Notes: a model not told the origin generated them from the letters alone. Shown: positions 30,701 to 41,084, numbered from the stretch's first letter. The stretch is 64,000 nucleotides of DNA from an uncultured Verrucomicrobiae bacterium (GCA_963756875.1 CAVWPA010000003.1:832001-896000), one strand, 5' to 3'. Translations and numbers: made by a program.

Positions 30701-31447
30701 TCAGAGCTTGAGATCGATCACACCGTTCGACGCGACAATACTGTATTTATCTTTCATCTTGTTCTGTGGCCGCAGATCCACGATGCCGCCCGCAGTTTCC
30801 ACCAGGATCCAGCCGGCGGCGATGTCCCACAAACTGATTCCGCGTTCGATATAAGCGTCGAAACGTCCGCACGCCACGTAGGCCATATCGAGCGCAGCGC
30901 TGCCCATCACGCGGCATTTGCGCACGCGATGAATCATTTCCTGTAGCAACGGAAGGTTTGAATCGATCATCTCTCCGGTCTTGGAAAGCCCGACCGAGAT
31001 CACCGCTTCAGCCGGATCGGCTCGCTCGCTGACATGAAAGGTTTGCCCATTTAAGCGCGGTTTTTCTCCTTTTTGTCCACTCCACATTTCTTCGCGCATC
31101 GGATCGTAAATTACGCCCACGATAATTTCACCCTGGAGCCGCAGCGCGATGGAAACGCAAAAATGAGGAATCCGGTAAAAATAATTTACGGTTCCATCCA
31201 GCGGATCGACCACCCACTGGTGTTCGCTTGACTGGTCGCCCACGATTCCTTCTTCGCCGTAAAGTGCGTGCTCGGGGAATTGTTTTAGAAGCGAGCGCGT
31301 GATGAGCTCCTGAGCTTTCACATCGAGATCGAGTTTGATATCGTGTGCCTCGGCAGCGTTGACACGCAGCGGGCGGTGAAAATTTTGCCGGAGCAGGTCG
31401 CCGGCCGCGCGAGCTGCCTTCTCTGCCGCGTTGAGATAGTGCTTCAT
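30701..31447 (-). CDS. suhB: Inositol monophosphatase family protein
   Basis: GEE, WVVDPLDGTVNY, GSAALD, WDIAAG. Confidence 0.9.
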   Translation of the reverse strand: MKHYLNAAEKAARAAGDLLRQNFHRPLRVNAAEAHDIKLDLDVKAQELITRSLLKQFPEHALYGEEGIVGDQSSEHQWVVDPLDGTVNYFYRIPHFCVSIALRLQGEIIVGVIYDPMREEMWSGQKGEKPRLNGQTFHVSERADPAEAVISVGLSKTGEMIDSNLPLLQEMIHRVRKCRVMGSAALDMAYVACGRFDAYIERGISLWDIAAGWILVETAGGIVDLRPQNKMKDKYSIVASNGVIDLKL

Positions 31448-31610
31448 GGGACAGGGGATAAATAGAATTGCATCACGTCCCTGCCAAATGATTTAGACGT
31501 GCAGGGAATGGCACGGGCAGCCGCGCCCGGCGTTCATCTGCCATTTAGCACAGGACGCGTCTGTGCGACGGCACGAAGGCGCAGTCCGGCGACGGACGAT
31601 GCGTTCCTGC

Positions 31611-31646
31611 AAAAAAAACCGGGAGGAAAATAAATTCTCCTCCCGG
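31611..31646 (-). terminator. Intrinsic terminator
   Basis: 9-bp stem CCGGGAGGA/TCCTCCCGG followed by U8 on the minus strand. Confidence 0.85.
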
Positions 31647-31707
31647 GTTGAAGTTAGGGATTATGACTCTGAAAGAGAATTCAGAGTCGTGATCGAGCGT
31701 TGGGCCC

Positions 31708-31767
31708 TTAATGCCTCTTTCTCTTCGCTGATTTTTTCTTTGCTGCTTTCTTTCTTTTCTTTGCCAT
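31708..31767 (-). CDS. 19-aa highly basic peptide MAKKRKKAAKKKSAKRKRH
   Basis: ATG...TAA read by hand; preceded by AAAGGGGGGAATAGTCG (SD-like); followed by a hairpin and the terminator. Confidence 0.7.
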   Translation of the reverse strand: MAKKRKKAAKKKSAKRKRH

Positions 31768-31849
31768 CGACTATTCCCCCCTTTCAATCCGCAATTGCGG
31801 GGATGTGTGAAGAGTTGGGAATGACTTCACTTAATGCGTTCAGTAATCG

Positions 31850-32503
31850 TCACAAATTGTTTGTCAAACATTTTTCGCGCATGTTTGTAAAAATTTTTAT
31901 GAGCTCGCGCGCGATCTTTTTTTTGGGCGCGCGTGAAATTCTTTTGTTTTCACCGCTTCGGAAGAAAATCGTAACTTCATTTTCGTCGCTTTCCATTCCG
32001 GAATTAGCACGGCTCACATCGTTGGCCACAATCGCGTCCAAATTTTTTGCGCGGAGTTTTTGCCGGGCGTTTTTCGTAACGCGGTTGGTTTCCGCGGCAA
32101 AACCGACGACGAGAAATTGCCGGTCGTGTGTTGGCAGCGACGCGAGAATGTCGCGAGTGGGGACCAGGCGAAGTGAAAAGCTTTTTTTGCGTTTCTTGAT
32201 TTTGAGCCGCGAAGTCTTCGCCGGTTTGTAATCTGCGACTGCCGCACACATGACAAGCACATCGCAGCCGTGCAGGTGTCGATGCACCGCCTCGAGCATT
32301 TCGCCGCTTGTGGAAATGGAAATGAACCGCGCCTCGCGCGGGGGAGGCAGACAGGCGGGCCCGGAAATCAACGTCACCTTGTGTCCGGCTTCGATCGCCG
32401 CCGCGGCGATTGCGTATCCCATTTTCCCCGACGAGCGATTGCTGATGTAGCGAACGGGATCGATCGGCTCGCGCGTTGGCCCGGCCGTGATGAGAAATCT
32501 CAC
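31850..32503 (-). CDS. coaB: Phosphopantothenate--cysteine ligase (stand-alone CoaB)
   Basis: LITAGPTREPIDPVRYISNRSSGKMG, AAVADY, VGFAAET; GTGA overlap with coaC stop. Confidence 0.93.
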   Translation of the reverse strand: MRFLITAGPTREPIDPVRYISNRSSGKMGYAIAAAAIEAGHKVTLISGPACLPPPREARFISISTSGEMLEAVHRHLHGCDVLVMCAAVADYKPAKTSRLKIKKRKKSFSLRLVPTRDILASLPTHDRQFLVVGFAAETNRVTKNARQKLRAKNLDAIVANDVSRANSGMESDENEVTIFFRSGENKRISRAPKKKIARELIKIFTNMREKCLTNNL

Positions 32504-33123
32504 GCGATCAAATTTTCCTGGCGCGCCAGAAGAAATTCCGCGCGGAAGGCGATGTCGTCCACTTTCCAAAGACGGCCGAGGCCTTCGTAACCACATGCCA
32601 GCATCCCTTCTTCCGGTCCGATGAATTCAACTCCGCGCGACTTTAATTTTTCCACGTTCCCGGCCGTGGCGGGGTGCGACCACATTTTTCCGTTCATGGC
32701 CGGTGCGAGCAGAATTGGTGCGCGCGTCGCCAGTGCGATGGCGGCGAGCGGATGACTGGCGAGCCCGTGAGCGAGTTCCGCGATGATGTTCGCCGTGGCC
32801 GGCGCGATCAAGAGAAGATTCGCGCGGTCCGCCAGATTGATATGGCCCGGCCGCCAATTTTCCTTTTCGTCGAAAAAGCTCGTCATCACCGGATTCTTGG
32901 AAAGCGTTTGCAGCGTCAACGGCGTGATGAACTCGGCCGCGTCCTGCGTCATCACCACAAAAATCTCGTGGCCCTGTTTGACGAGCAGGCTGGCCAGCTC
33001 GGCGGACTTGTATGCGGCAATAGACCCGGTGACCCCAAGCACAATCGTTCTCGCGCCTCCGCGCAATCGCACGACCTTGCGCGCGCTTGTTTTTTCAGTT
33101 CGCAGCTTTGGATTTTTGGCCAT
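32500..33123 (-). CDS. coaC: Phosphopantothenoylcysteine decarboxylase (stand-alone CoaC)
   Basis: GVTGSIAAYK, IAPATAN, APAMN, LACGYEGLGRL. Confidence 0.93.
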   Translation of the reverse strand: MAKNPKLRTEKTSARKVVRLRGGARTIVLGVTGSIAAYKSAELASLLVKQGHEIFVVMTQDAAEFITPLTLQTLSKNPVMTSFFDEKENWRPGHINLADRANLLLIAPATANIIAELAHGLASHPLAAIALATRAPILLAPAMNGKMWSHPATAGNVEKLKSRGVEFIGPEEGMLACGYEGLGRLWKVDDIAFRAEFLLARQENLIA

Positions 33124-33156
33124 GCAAGATCGAGAATCTACGGTCGCATTTCGGAA

Positions 33157-33768
33157 TCACTCTTGAATGAGACGCCTGCTCAAGTATCGCTCCGCACCGA
33201 TAATCTGTCGAAACTTTTGCAGGTCCTCTTCCACCGATTGGCTGATGATGGTGTAGCGGTAATCGCGCCATAGCTCCATTTCGAGGCTGGCTTGCCGGAG
33301 ACGCCCTTCAATCTGTTCTGAGGTCTCCGTGCCGCGCTTCGTCAGCCGCTTGCGCAATTCATCGAGATCCGGCGGCATGATGAATACATCGGCGAGGGCC
33401 TGACGGATAAACGCATCCTCGCAGTTCCGAATGCTCTCCGCGCCTTGTGTGTCGATGTCGATCAGGATGTCCACTCCCTTTTGCAAGTTCGCTACGATCG
33501 CTTCGCGCAATGTTCCATAGAGATGGCCGTGGACCTTCGCGTGTTCGAGAAAATCGCCGGCCTTTACCCGCGCAAGGAAATCTGTTTCGGATAAAAATCG
33601 ATAATCTTCGCCGTTCGCTTCACCCGAGCGCGGCGGCCGTGTTGTGCAGGAAACGGAATAAACAAACTCCGGAGTTTGCCGCAGTGCCTCAACGAGCGTG
33701 GTTTTGCCCGCGCCGGAGGGCGCGGAAATGACAAAAAGAATTCCGTAACGGCTAAATTGTTTATTCAA
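33157..33768 (-). CDS. gmk: Guanylate kinase
   Basis: SAPSGAGKTT, SVSCTTRPPR, FLEHAKVHGHLYGT; TTG start inferred. Confidence 0.95.
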   Translation of the reverse strand: MNKQFSRYGILFVISAPSGAGKTTLVEALRQTPEFVYSVSCTTRPPRSGEANGEDYRFLSETDFLARVKAGDFLEHAKVHGHLYGTLREAIVANLQKGVDILIDIDTQGAESIRNCEDAFIRQALADVFIMPPDLDELRKRLTKRGTETSEQIEGRLRQASLEMELWRDYRYTIISQSVEEDLQKFRQIIGAERYLSRRLIQE

Positions 33769-34636
33769 GATTCTGAATTTGCTCTCGAATTTTTTCCAAC
33801 TCGGCTTTGCAGGCAACCACGCGCTGCGATATGGCCGCATCATTCGCTTTTGCACCGAGCGTGTTGAGTTCCCTGAAGATTTCCTGGGTGATGAATTCCA
33901 GGGTGCGACCGACTGGCTCGTTCTTGCGCAAATGATGCGCAAACTGCGCCAGGTGACTCTCTATCCGGGTCAATTCTTCGGAAACATCGGCTCGATCGGC
34001 GAAAAATGAGATTTCCTTGAGCAGTCGCTCGTCGTCACCAGCGATCGGCAGCCCGGCCTTTTGAATGCGATCGAGCAGCGCGGCGCGATATTTTTTTACG
34101 ACATCGGGATGCAACGCGCGGATCTCCTTGATTTGTTTGCGCATTGCCTTCAGACGCTGAATCAGGTCCTTGGCCAAGTGTTTCCCTTCGCGCTCACGCA
34201 TTTTGATCAACTCAGCGAGCGCCGCCCGGAGAGCGCGCTCGACGACCGGCCACACTTCTCTGGGCTGGATGGTTGCCTCGGGAGCGCGCATGACGCCGGG
34301 TGCCTGCAAAATGGCTCCGATGTTGATCTCGCCCGATGCGTTCAGCTCTTTTTGCAACGCCCGCATCGCTTCGTAATAAGACCGCGCCAATTCGGTATCG
34401 AGCGCGAGTTGGCGGTTCGCAGTCGGTCCGCTGTGGTAGCCGACGACGACATTGGTCCGGCCGCGCGAAATGCTTTCATTAATGGCCTGGCGAATGCGCG
34501 GCTCGAGTTCTGCGAGATCGCGCGGCAAATTGATGACGATGTCGCTCTGTTTGCGATTCACCGAATTGAGTTCGACGCTAAACTTGGTACCGTTCTGGTC
34601 GGCCTCGCCGCGCCCGTAACCAGTCATGCTCTTCAC
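33761..34636 (-). CDS. yicC: YicC/YloC family endoribonuclease
   Basis: SMTGYGR, SVNRK, DVSEELTR, GRTLEFITQEIFRELNTLGAK, IREQIQNLE. Confidence 0.93.
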   Translation of the reverse strand: MKSMTGYGRGEADQNGTKFSVELNSVNRKQSDIVINLPRDLAELEPRIRQAINESISRGRTNVVVGYHSGPTANRQLALDTELARSYYEAMRALQKELNASGEINIGAILQAPGVMRAPEATIQPREVWPVVERALRAALAELIKMREREGKHLAKDLIQRLKAMRKQIKEIRALHPDVVKKYRAALLDRIQKAGLPIAGDDERLLKEISFFADRADVSEELTRIESHLAQFAHHLRKNEPVGRTLEFITQEIFRELNTLGAKANDAAISQRVVACKAELEKIREQIQNLE

Positions 34637-34639
34637 AGG

Positions 34640-34681
34640 CGTTCAGCTTCACGAAAGACTACCAAAATAACAAATAGAAAG
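34640..34681. repeat. 42-bp direct repeat, copy 1
   Basis: 38/42 identical to 36916-36957. Confidence 0.85.
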
Positions 34682-34749
34682 CGTAAACCGATCTTGGTTC
34701 TATGACTGCATACCGGAACATTCCAAATTTATGACTTCGGGCATGACCG

Positions 34750-36741
34750 CTATGGTTTTGAAGCGCGGCCCGCTTCATTAATTCGAGTATTGGCCCGATA
34801 AAGTTCGAGGTCGGTCTCGATCATTTTGGCCAGTGTGCTGTTGCCTTGGGCGTTGGCTAACTGGATGGCACGCTGAACAGTGTCAATCGCTTCCTGAAAT
34901 CTGCCATTTTCCGCATCAAGTGCGGCCAGGGTCCGGAGGATTCTGGGGTCGTCTTTTAGATCGGGTCGACGCAATCGCTCGGCAGCTTTGAGCGCTTTGG
35001 CGCCGTCGCGGATAGATGGGTTGGACGAGGTAGCCAGAATCCACGCGAGATTGTTGCGAGCATCGATGTTATCGGGCTCGATGCGCAGCGTTTCTTCCCA
35101 TTGGGCAATTGCTTGCTCAGCCTGCTCGCTTTGCCAAAGAGCAACAGCCAGGTTGTTGCGCGCACCGATGAGGTTAGGTGAAAGCTTCAGCGCCTCTTGG
35201 TACTGTTGAATGGCGCGGTACATCTCGTTTTTTAGCAGATAACAATTTCCCAAATTGTAGTGCGCCTTTATGTCGTTGGCCTTGATTCGTAAGGCCTCTT
35301 GGAAGTGCGTGATGGCTTCGTCAAGTTTTCCCTCTTTTAATAACACATTGCCCAGGTTGTTGTGGGCGATGTAGTTGTCGGGAGCGATGTCTATCGCATA
35401 ACGCCAAAACGTTGTGGAATTCCGCCAATGAGAAGTCTGGTTAAAGCTAACCGCGACGAGCGTTGCGACTATGAACAAAGCAGCGACGACGACCACCTCG
35501 CGGCCGCGGCGCCACCTGGCGAGTAACTCCATTACACCCCAAGTCACCACAATAGACAGACCAATCTGAGACAGGTAGGTGTAGCGGTCCGCTCGTGCCT
35601 GCACTCCTACCTGCACAAGTCCGATCATTGGCACCAGCGTGCCCAGGTACCAGAGCCAGCCGACCAGCAAGAATGGATACTTTCTGCGCCAGAGAAAAAA
35701 AATCACCGATAGGAGAAGCAGAACCAGGAGGGACAAGATTGCCTGAGGAACCTGGAGATTACCTTCCGGATAGGGATGGAAGACCACCAGGCGCGTCGGG
35801 TAAATCATCTCACCGAGGTAGGCGACATAAGAGACCACGGCGTTGCCCGCGCGCTCCGGGAAAGTCAGGTTAAGGTTTTCCTCCAAGACCTTTTTCTGGG
35901 CCAGGATCGTGGCCAGACATGACGCCGCCGAGAGCACAAGAAGGGGAATCTTTTCCAGAAGGAGATATTGGAAGGAGTGCGTGAAGAGTTGATGCTTGCG
36001 AGCCGCCCGCGGGACTTTGGAATTCAAAGACAGCGTGGTGAGGCGTCCCAGCGGCCAGTAATCGAGGAGCAACAAAACAAAGGGGAGCGTGACCAGGGTC
36101 GGTTTGCACATCAAACCGAGTGCGAAGAGAACGACCACGGTCAGGTATCGAACTGGAGAAGGGCGATCACTGCGCGCGTAGGCTGCATAAGCCCAGAGAG
36201 TGAGCATGAAGAAAACGCCGCTGAGAACATCCTTTCGTTCCGACACCCAGGCGACTGACTCGACACGCAGCGGGTGAATGGCAAAGATTGCGGCCACGAA
36301 AGCGCTGGGCCAAATAGTGCCGGTCAACTTTCGGAGGGCCAGAAACAAGAGGATAGCCGCCGTGGCATGCAGCAGGATGTTGGTCAGGTGATGTCCCCAG
36401 GGGTGGAGGCCGTAGAGCTGGCAATCGAGCATGTGCGAGATGGTGGTGAGCGGATGCCAGTTGTCCGCATGAACATGGGTGAAGGCCCACCCAATCCCGC
36501 TCAGGGTGAGGCCAGCGGTGATCTTTGGATTTTCGTAAACGTATTCGTTGTCGTCGTAGTTGATGAAATCGTGCCGAAGCGTCTGACCGAAGGTTATCCA
36601 GACGATGGCCGCTAGGAAAATGCAGACGATGGCGATAACTACGCGATCACTGAAAACGCTAGAAGGACCACGCGCAGTTGTGCTAACTCCGGAAGTCTTT
36701 TTTTGCCGTGCCGGGTGTCGCATTCGAGCAAGAATTACCAT
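34750..36741 (-). CDS. TMTC-like GT-C membrane glycosyltransferase with TPR repeats
   Basis: FINYDDNEYV, WHPLT, HPLRVESVAWVSERKD, ADRYTY, C-terminal TPRs; start uncertain (36741 or 36723). Confidence 0.85.
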   Translation of the reverse strand: MVILARMRHPARQKKTSGVSTTARGPSSVFSDRVVIAIVCIFLAAIVWITFGQTLRHDFINYDDNEYVYENPKITAGLTLSGIGWAFTHVHADNWHPLTTISHMLDCQLYGLHPWGHHLTNILLHATAAILLFLALRKLTGTIWPSAFVAAIFAIHPLRVESVAWVSERKDVLSGVFFMLTLWAYAAYARSDRPSPVRYLTVVVLFALGLMCKPTLVTLPFVLLLLDYWPLGRLTTLSLNSKVPRAARKHQLFTHSFQYLLLEKIPLLVLSAASCLATILAQKKVLEENLNLTFPERAGNAVVSYVAYLGEMIYPTRLVVFHPYPEGNLQVPQAILSLLVLLLLSVIFFLWRRKYPFLLVGWLWYLGTLVPMIGLVQVGVQARADRYTYLSQIGLSIVVTWGVMELLARWRRGREVVVVAALFIVATLVAVSFNQTSHWRNSTTFWRYAIDIAPDNYIAHNNLGNVLLKEGKLDEAITHFQEALRIKANDIKAHYNLGNCYLLKNEMYRAIQQYQEALKLSPNLIGARNNLAVALWQSEQAEQAIAQWEETLRIEPDNIDARNNLAWILATSSNPSIRDGAKALKAAERLRRPDLKDDPRILRTLAALDAENGRFQEAIDTVQRAIQLANAQGNSTLAKMIETDLELYRANTRINEAGRASKP

Positions 36742-36915
36742 TAGATTGCGAGGTCCGACAGTTTGTTGATGACGACGCCGGTGAGCGAAGAGAATACGGG
36801 AAGAACCAGGATGAAATACTGGGGTCGAAAGTAAGATCCCGGGCAGAGCGCGCAGGCCGAGCAAGCAAGCCGAGCGTGAAACCTGTGCTGGCAAGCGAAC
36901 CCTTGTAGGAAAAGC

Positions 36916-36957
36916 CGTTCAGCTTCACGAAAGAGCGCCGAAATAACAAATAGAAAG
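36916..36957. repeat. 42-bp direct repeat, copy 2
   Basis: CGTTCAGCTTCACGAAAGAgcgCCgAAATAACAAATAGAAAG. Confidence 0.85.
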
Positions 36958-36987
36958 AACCGGCAAAATCCTTAGTGTCACTCGCGT

Positions 36988-38838
36988 ATGGAATTACGGG
37001 CGCAGAGGCGCAAGGCCACTACCTCGGAAGAAGGATTCAAACAGTCGCGGTTCGCGATCCAGATCGCGCTCGTTGTTCTGGCGGTTTTCGTAAGCTATTG
37101 GCCTGCGCTTCACGCCGGTTTCGTTTGGGACGACGAAATGCTTGTTACGAAAAATCCGCTTCTCCAAAGCTTTTCAGGTCTGGCCGAAATTTGGTCCGGT
37201 AGCAGGACGGCGGATTATTTTCCCCTAACGAACACGGTGTTCTGGATCGAACATCACGTCTTCGGTCAGAACGCGGCTGGTTACCACGCCGTTAATATTC
37301 TTCTTCAGGCACTGAACGCTCTCCTTATCTGGGCGGTGTTGCGGCGGCTGGGGATTCCCGGTGCCTGGCTCGCCGGCCTGATCTTTGGGATCCATCCAGT
37401 GCACGTGGAATCGGTCGCGTGGATCTCCGAACTAAAGAACGTCCTCTCCCTCTTCTTTGCGCTCCTTTCCCTTCTCTGTTTTCTTGAGATCGACGGGAAG
37501 CGACGGCTCAGCGCCAAAACGGCCTATTCCGCCTCTTTGTTTTTTTTTATTATGGCGCTGCTTGCCAAAACCCAGGTTGTATTCCTGCCGGTCGTGCTGT
37601 TGCTCTGCGGATGGTGGTTAGACCGGCGTCCGTCGGGAAAGGCAAAGACCAAAGATTTTCGGCGCCAGGCGATACGGATTGCGCCCTTTTTTCTGGTCGC
37701 CATCGTGCTGGGGTTGGTGACGATTTGGTTTCAAAACCGCGGCATCGGCAAGGAGGAGATTCTCCTCGGAGGATTTGCTCGCCGTCTCGTAAACGCGGGC
37801 ATGGCAGTCTGGTGGTATTTGGGAAAACTCTTTGTCCCGGTCGATTTGATGCCGATCTATCCTCATTGGAAATTTGGTATTCCCCAGCCGATCGAATGGG
37901 TGCCGGTCATCGCTCTAGCAGGACTTCTCGCGACTCTCTGGTGGTGGCGCGAACGCGGGACGCGCGGCGCGTTGTTTGCATTGGCCTGTTTTATCGTGGC
38001 GCTCGGGCCGGTGCTCGGATTTGTGCGAATGGCATTTGTGCGAAGCGGCACGCTCGTCGCGGATCATTGCCAATATTTTGCCGACATTTCCCTGATCGCC
38101 TTGTTCAGCGCGAGCATCGCGTTTTTGTGGACGCGGCGAGGACGTGCTATCCGAATCGCGACGATGATCGTTTTAGTGCCGCTGCTTGGCGCGCTGGGCG
38201 GTTACACCTGGGTTCGGGCGGCCGTTTTCCATAGCGAGGAAACTCTTTGGCGCAACGCGCTAGCTAAAAATTCGGACGCATGGCAAGCCCACGCCCGTCT
38301 CGGCCTGCTTTTTTTGAACAAGGAAAGATATGCGGAAGCGGCGCAGGAATTCGAGCGCACCGTCCAGTTGAAGCCGGAACTGCCGGAACATCACAACCTG
38401 CTTGGACTGGCCGATTGCCGGCTGGGCCGTTTCGACGAGGGAATTGCTCAGTATCGGGAAGCGTTGCGATTAAATGAGGGCGGATCGACTCCCGCTGACG
38501 ACGCGAGCATAGCAACGATTCGCACCAATCTCGCCAACGCCCTGGCTCTTACTGCAAATAACCTCATCGGCTCGACGCAAACATTTTCAGGCCAAACGAG
38601 CGTCGGCGGCCGCGATGCTGAAGCAATGCGGCGTTTTGACGAAGCAATTGCGCAGTATGAAAAGGCGCTCGAACTCGAGCCGCAACAGCCCGCGATCCAC
38701 CGGAACCTTGGGATCCTTCTGGTCAGGCTGGGGCGATTTAAGGAAGCGGTAGTGCAGCTGCGCGCAGCATTGAAAATTGAGCCTAACGAGCCGATCGCGC
38801 GCGAAACACTCAATGAGATTGAGGCCCAGGGCCAGTAG
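36988..38838 (+). CDS. TMTC-like GT-C membrane glycosyltransferase with TPR repeats
   Basis: GFVWDD, YFPLT, HPVHVESVAWISELKN, ADHCQY, TPRs. Confidence 0.85.
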   Translation: MELRAQRRKATTSEEGFKQSRFAIQIALVVLAVFVSYWPALHAGFVWDDEMLVTKNPLLQSFSGLAEIWSGSRTADYFPLTNTVFWIEHHVFGQNAAGYHAVNILLQALNALLIWAVLRRLGIPGAWLAGLIFGIHPVHVESVAWISELKNVLSLFFALLSLLCFLEIDGKRRLSAKTAYSASLFFFIMALLAKTQVVFLPVVLLLCGWWLDRRPSGKAKTKDFRRQAIRIAPFFLVAIVLGLVTIWFQNRGIGKEEILLGGFARRLVNAGMAVWWYLGKLFVPVDLMPIYPHWKFGIPQPIEWVPVIALAGLLATLWWWRERGTRGALFALACFIVALGPVLGFVRMAFVRSGTLVADHCQYFADISLIALFSASIAFLWTRRGRAIRIATMIVLVPLLGALGGYTWVRAAVFHSEETLWRNALAKNSDAWQAHARLGLLFLNKERYAEAAQEFERTVQLKPELPEHHNLLGLADCRLGRFDEGIAQYREALRLNEGGSTPADDASIATIRTNLANALALTANNLIGSTQTFSGQTSVGGRDAEAMRRFDEAIAQYEKALELEPQQPAIHRNLGILLVRLGRFKEAVVQLRAALKIEPNEPIARETLNEIEAQGQ

Positions 38839-38850
38839 CCGGAACGAATT

Positions 38851-40044
38851 CTAGAGCAGCCGCTCTGCTGCCTGGTCGACGTCTTTGTCCCCGCGCCCGG
38901 ACAGATTGACGACAACAATTTTTTCACGCGACATTTCGGGTGCGGTTTTGATGACGTGGGCGATGGCATGCGCGGTTTCGAGGGCGGGAATGATCCCTTC
39001 GATCTCGGAGAGCGCCCGGAATCCTTCCAGCGCTTCGTCGTCCGTCGCATAGGTGTAATCCACCCGGCCAATGTCGCGCAGATAAGAATGCTCCGGACCG
39101 ACCGCGGCATAATCGAGGCCTGCGGAGACGGAATGCGTGAGAGCGATCTGGCCGTCTTCGTTTGCGAGCAGAAATGTCTTCGTGCCCTGAAGCACGCCGA
39201 GCCGCCCGCCTTGAAAGCGCGCGGCATGTTTTCCGGCGCGAATGCCTTCTCCGCCGGCTTCGACGCCAACCATTGCCACTTGCCGGTCCTCCAAAAAAGG
39301 GTGGAACAGGCCGATGGCGTTGCTACCGCCGCCGACGCAGGCGACCAGCAAGTCGGGGAGTCGTTCCTCACGCTCGAGAATTTGGCGGCGTGTCTCGATT
39401 CCAATAACGCGTTGAAAATCACGCACCATCATCGGGTATGGATGCGAACCGAGCACCGAGCCTAAAATGTAGTGAGTCGTGCGCACGTTGGTGACCCAAT
39501 CGCGCATGGCTTCGTTAATGGCTTCTTTGAGTGTGGCCTGGCCGACGGTAACCGGCACGACTTTGGCGCCGAGCAATTTCATGCGCGTAACATTGATCGC
39601 CTGGCGATCCATATCGGTCTTGCCCATGTAGACCACGCATTCGCAACCGAAACGCGCCGCGACGGTGGCGGTGGCGACCCCATGCTGACCGGCGCCGGTC
39701 TCGGCGATGATTCGCCGTTTGTTCATCCGTTGTGCGAGCAAAATCTGGCCAAGTGCGTTGTTGATCTTGTGCGCGCCGGTGTGCAACAGGTCCTCGCGTT
39801 TCAAATAGATTCTTGCGCCCCCGAGCTTCCTGGTCAGGCGCTCGGCCAGGTAAAGCGGCGTTGGCCGCCCGGCAAAATCACGGAGCAAGGTCGACAGTTC
39901 GTTTTGAAATGCCGGATCGTTTTTGGCGCACTCGTACTCACGCGCCAAATCTTCCAGCGCGGACATGAGCGTCTCGGGCACAAACATCCCGCCGTACGGA
40001 CCGAAATGGCCGCGCGAATCGGGGACTGTTGCAGGAAGTGGCAT
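38851..40044 (-). CDS. trpB: Tryptophan synthase beta chain
   Basis: [39 protein letters not shown]. Confidence 0.97.
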   Translation of the reverse strand: MPLPATVPDSRGHFGPYGGMFVPETLMSALEDLAREYECAKNDPAFQNELSTLLRDFAGRPTPLYLAERLTRKLGGARIYLKREDLLHTGAHKINNALGQILLAQRMNKRRIIAETGAGQHGVATATVAARFGCECVVYMGKTDMDRQAINVTRMKLLGAKVVPVTVGQATLKEAINEAMRDWVTNVRTTHYILGSVLGSHPYPMMVRDFQRVIGIETRRQILEREERLPDLLVACVGGGSNAIGLFHPFLEDRQVAMVGVEAGGEGIRAGKHAARFQGGRLGVLQGTKTFLLANEDGQIALTHSVSAGLDYAAVGPEHSYLRDIGRVDYTYATDDEALEGFRALSEIEGIIPALETAHAIAHVIKTAPEMSREKIVVVNLSGRGDKDVDQAAERLL

Positions 40045-40094
40045 GGCGAATTCCGGTAGAAAACGTCCAATGCTCGGCGCCGAACGTCCAACGC

Positions 40095-41081
40095 TTAATG
40101 CAAAAGCGTGGTGATTGCGCGCCGGTGCGGGGATGGAATCGGAATGGAGTCCAGGGCTCTGATGGCAAACCAACGTTGCGAGGGATTCGCAATTTTTCGC
40201 GATCGCTGCCGGAAAATTTTCAGCATGACGCGATGATGGGTGAATGGAAAAATCGAATTGTGGATCGGCCGTTTCATTGCCGGGTTCCGTTTGAGCGGAG
40301 GCAGAATCCACATGCCGCGCCAGCGGCGGTCGGCCTGCTGAAGCAAGAGCTCATTCTGCCTGACGATGAAGGCGTGGTTTTCGACGAGGCGCCGCAGTGG
40401 GCCGCGTGCTTTCCTGACGGGCAGATTCTCGGGATTTTTAGCGCGACAGAATTTTCTGACCGGACAAACCGCGCACTTTGGCCGGGGCAGGCAAATTAGC
40501 GCGCCCAGGTCGATGAGCGCGGAATTGTAATCGTGGGCTGACTTTTTTGGAATCAACGAAGTTGCATAATTCCACAATGCCTGCCGGCCTGCAGCCTGAT
40601 CGATGGGGATTTGCAGATTGAAGAGTCGCGCCAAAACGCGAGCTGTGTTCGCTTCCACGATCGGGACGGCCTGATCGAACGCAAAACAGGCAGCCGCGTG
40701 AGCGGTATATTTTCCAATTCCCGGCAGTTGTCGCATCTGCTCGATCGACTTTGGAAAACTTCGCGCACGCCGGTTCGCCAACAGTTTCGCGGTGCGGTGA
40801 AGATTTCTGCTGCGGGTGTAATACCCGAGGCCCTGCCATGCGTGGAGGACATCGCTTTCAGAAGCCTGCGCCAGCGTCTCAAAATCGGGGAACCGCTTGA
40901 GCCATCTGTCATAATGAGGCAGGACGGCGGCGACCTGTGTCTGCTGAAGCATCACTTCGGAGACGAGGACCGCATAGGGATCACGCGTGTGGCGCCAGGG
41001 GAGGTTGCGACCATGGCGACGGTACCAGTGCAAAAGATTGTCCCGGAAACAGCGGCTATCCTGAAGATTGTTCAAACTCAA
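40095..41081 (-). CDS. mutY: A/G-specific adenine glycosylase
   Basis: [49 protein letters not shown]; start approximate. Confidence 0.93.
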   Translation of the reverse strand: MSLNNLQDSRCFRDNLLHWYRRHGRNLPWRHTRDPYAVLVSEVMLQQTQVAAVLPHYDRWLKRFPDFETLAQASESDVLHAWQGLGYYTRSRNLHRTAKLLANRRARSFPKSIEQMRQLPGIGKYTAHAAACFAFDQAVPIVEANTARVLARLFNLQIPIDQAAGRQALWNYATSLIPKKSAHDYNSALIDLGALICLPRPKCAVCPVRKFCRAKNPENLPVRKARGPLRRLVENHAFIVRQNELLLQQADRRWRGMWILPPLKRNPAMKRPIHNSIFPFTHHRVMLKIFRQRSRKIANPSQRWFAIRALDSIPIPSPHRRAITTLLH

Positions 41082-41084
41082 AGC

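Noticed and set aside
31545..31787. 80-aa minus-strand ORF in the track
   Set aside because: It is in a different frame from the 19-aa ORF, starts within the SD-like tract and reads through the terminator; the short ORF fits the signals better.
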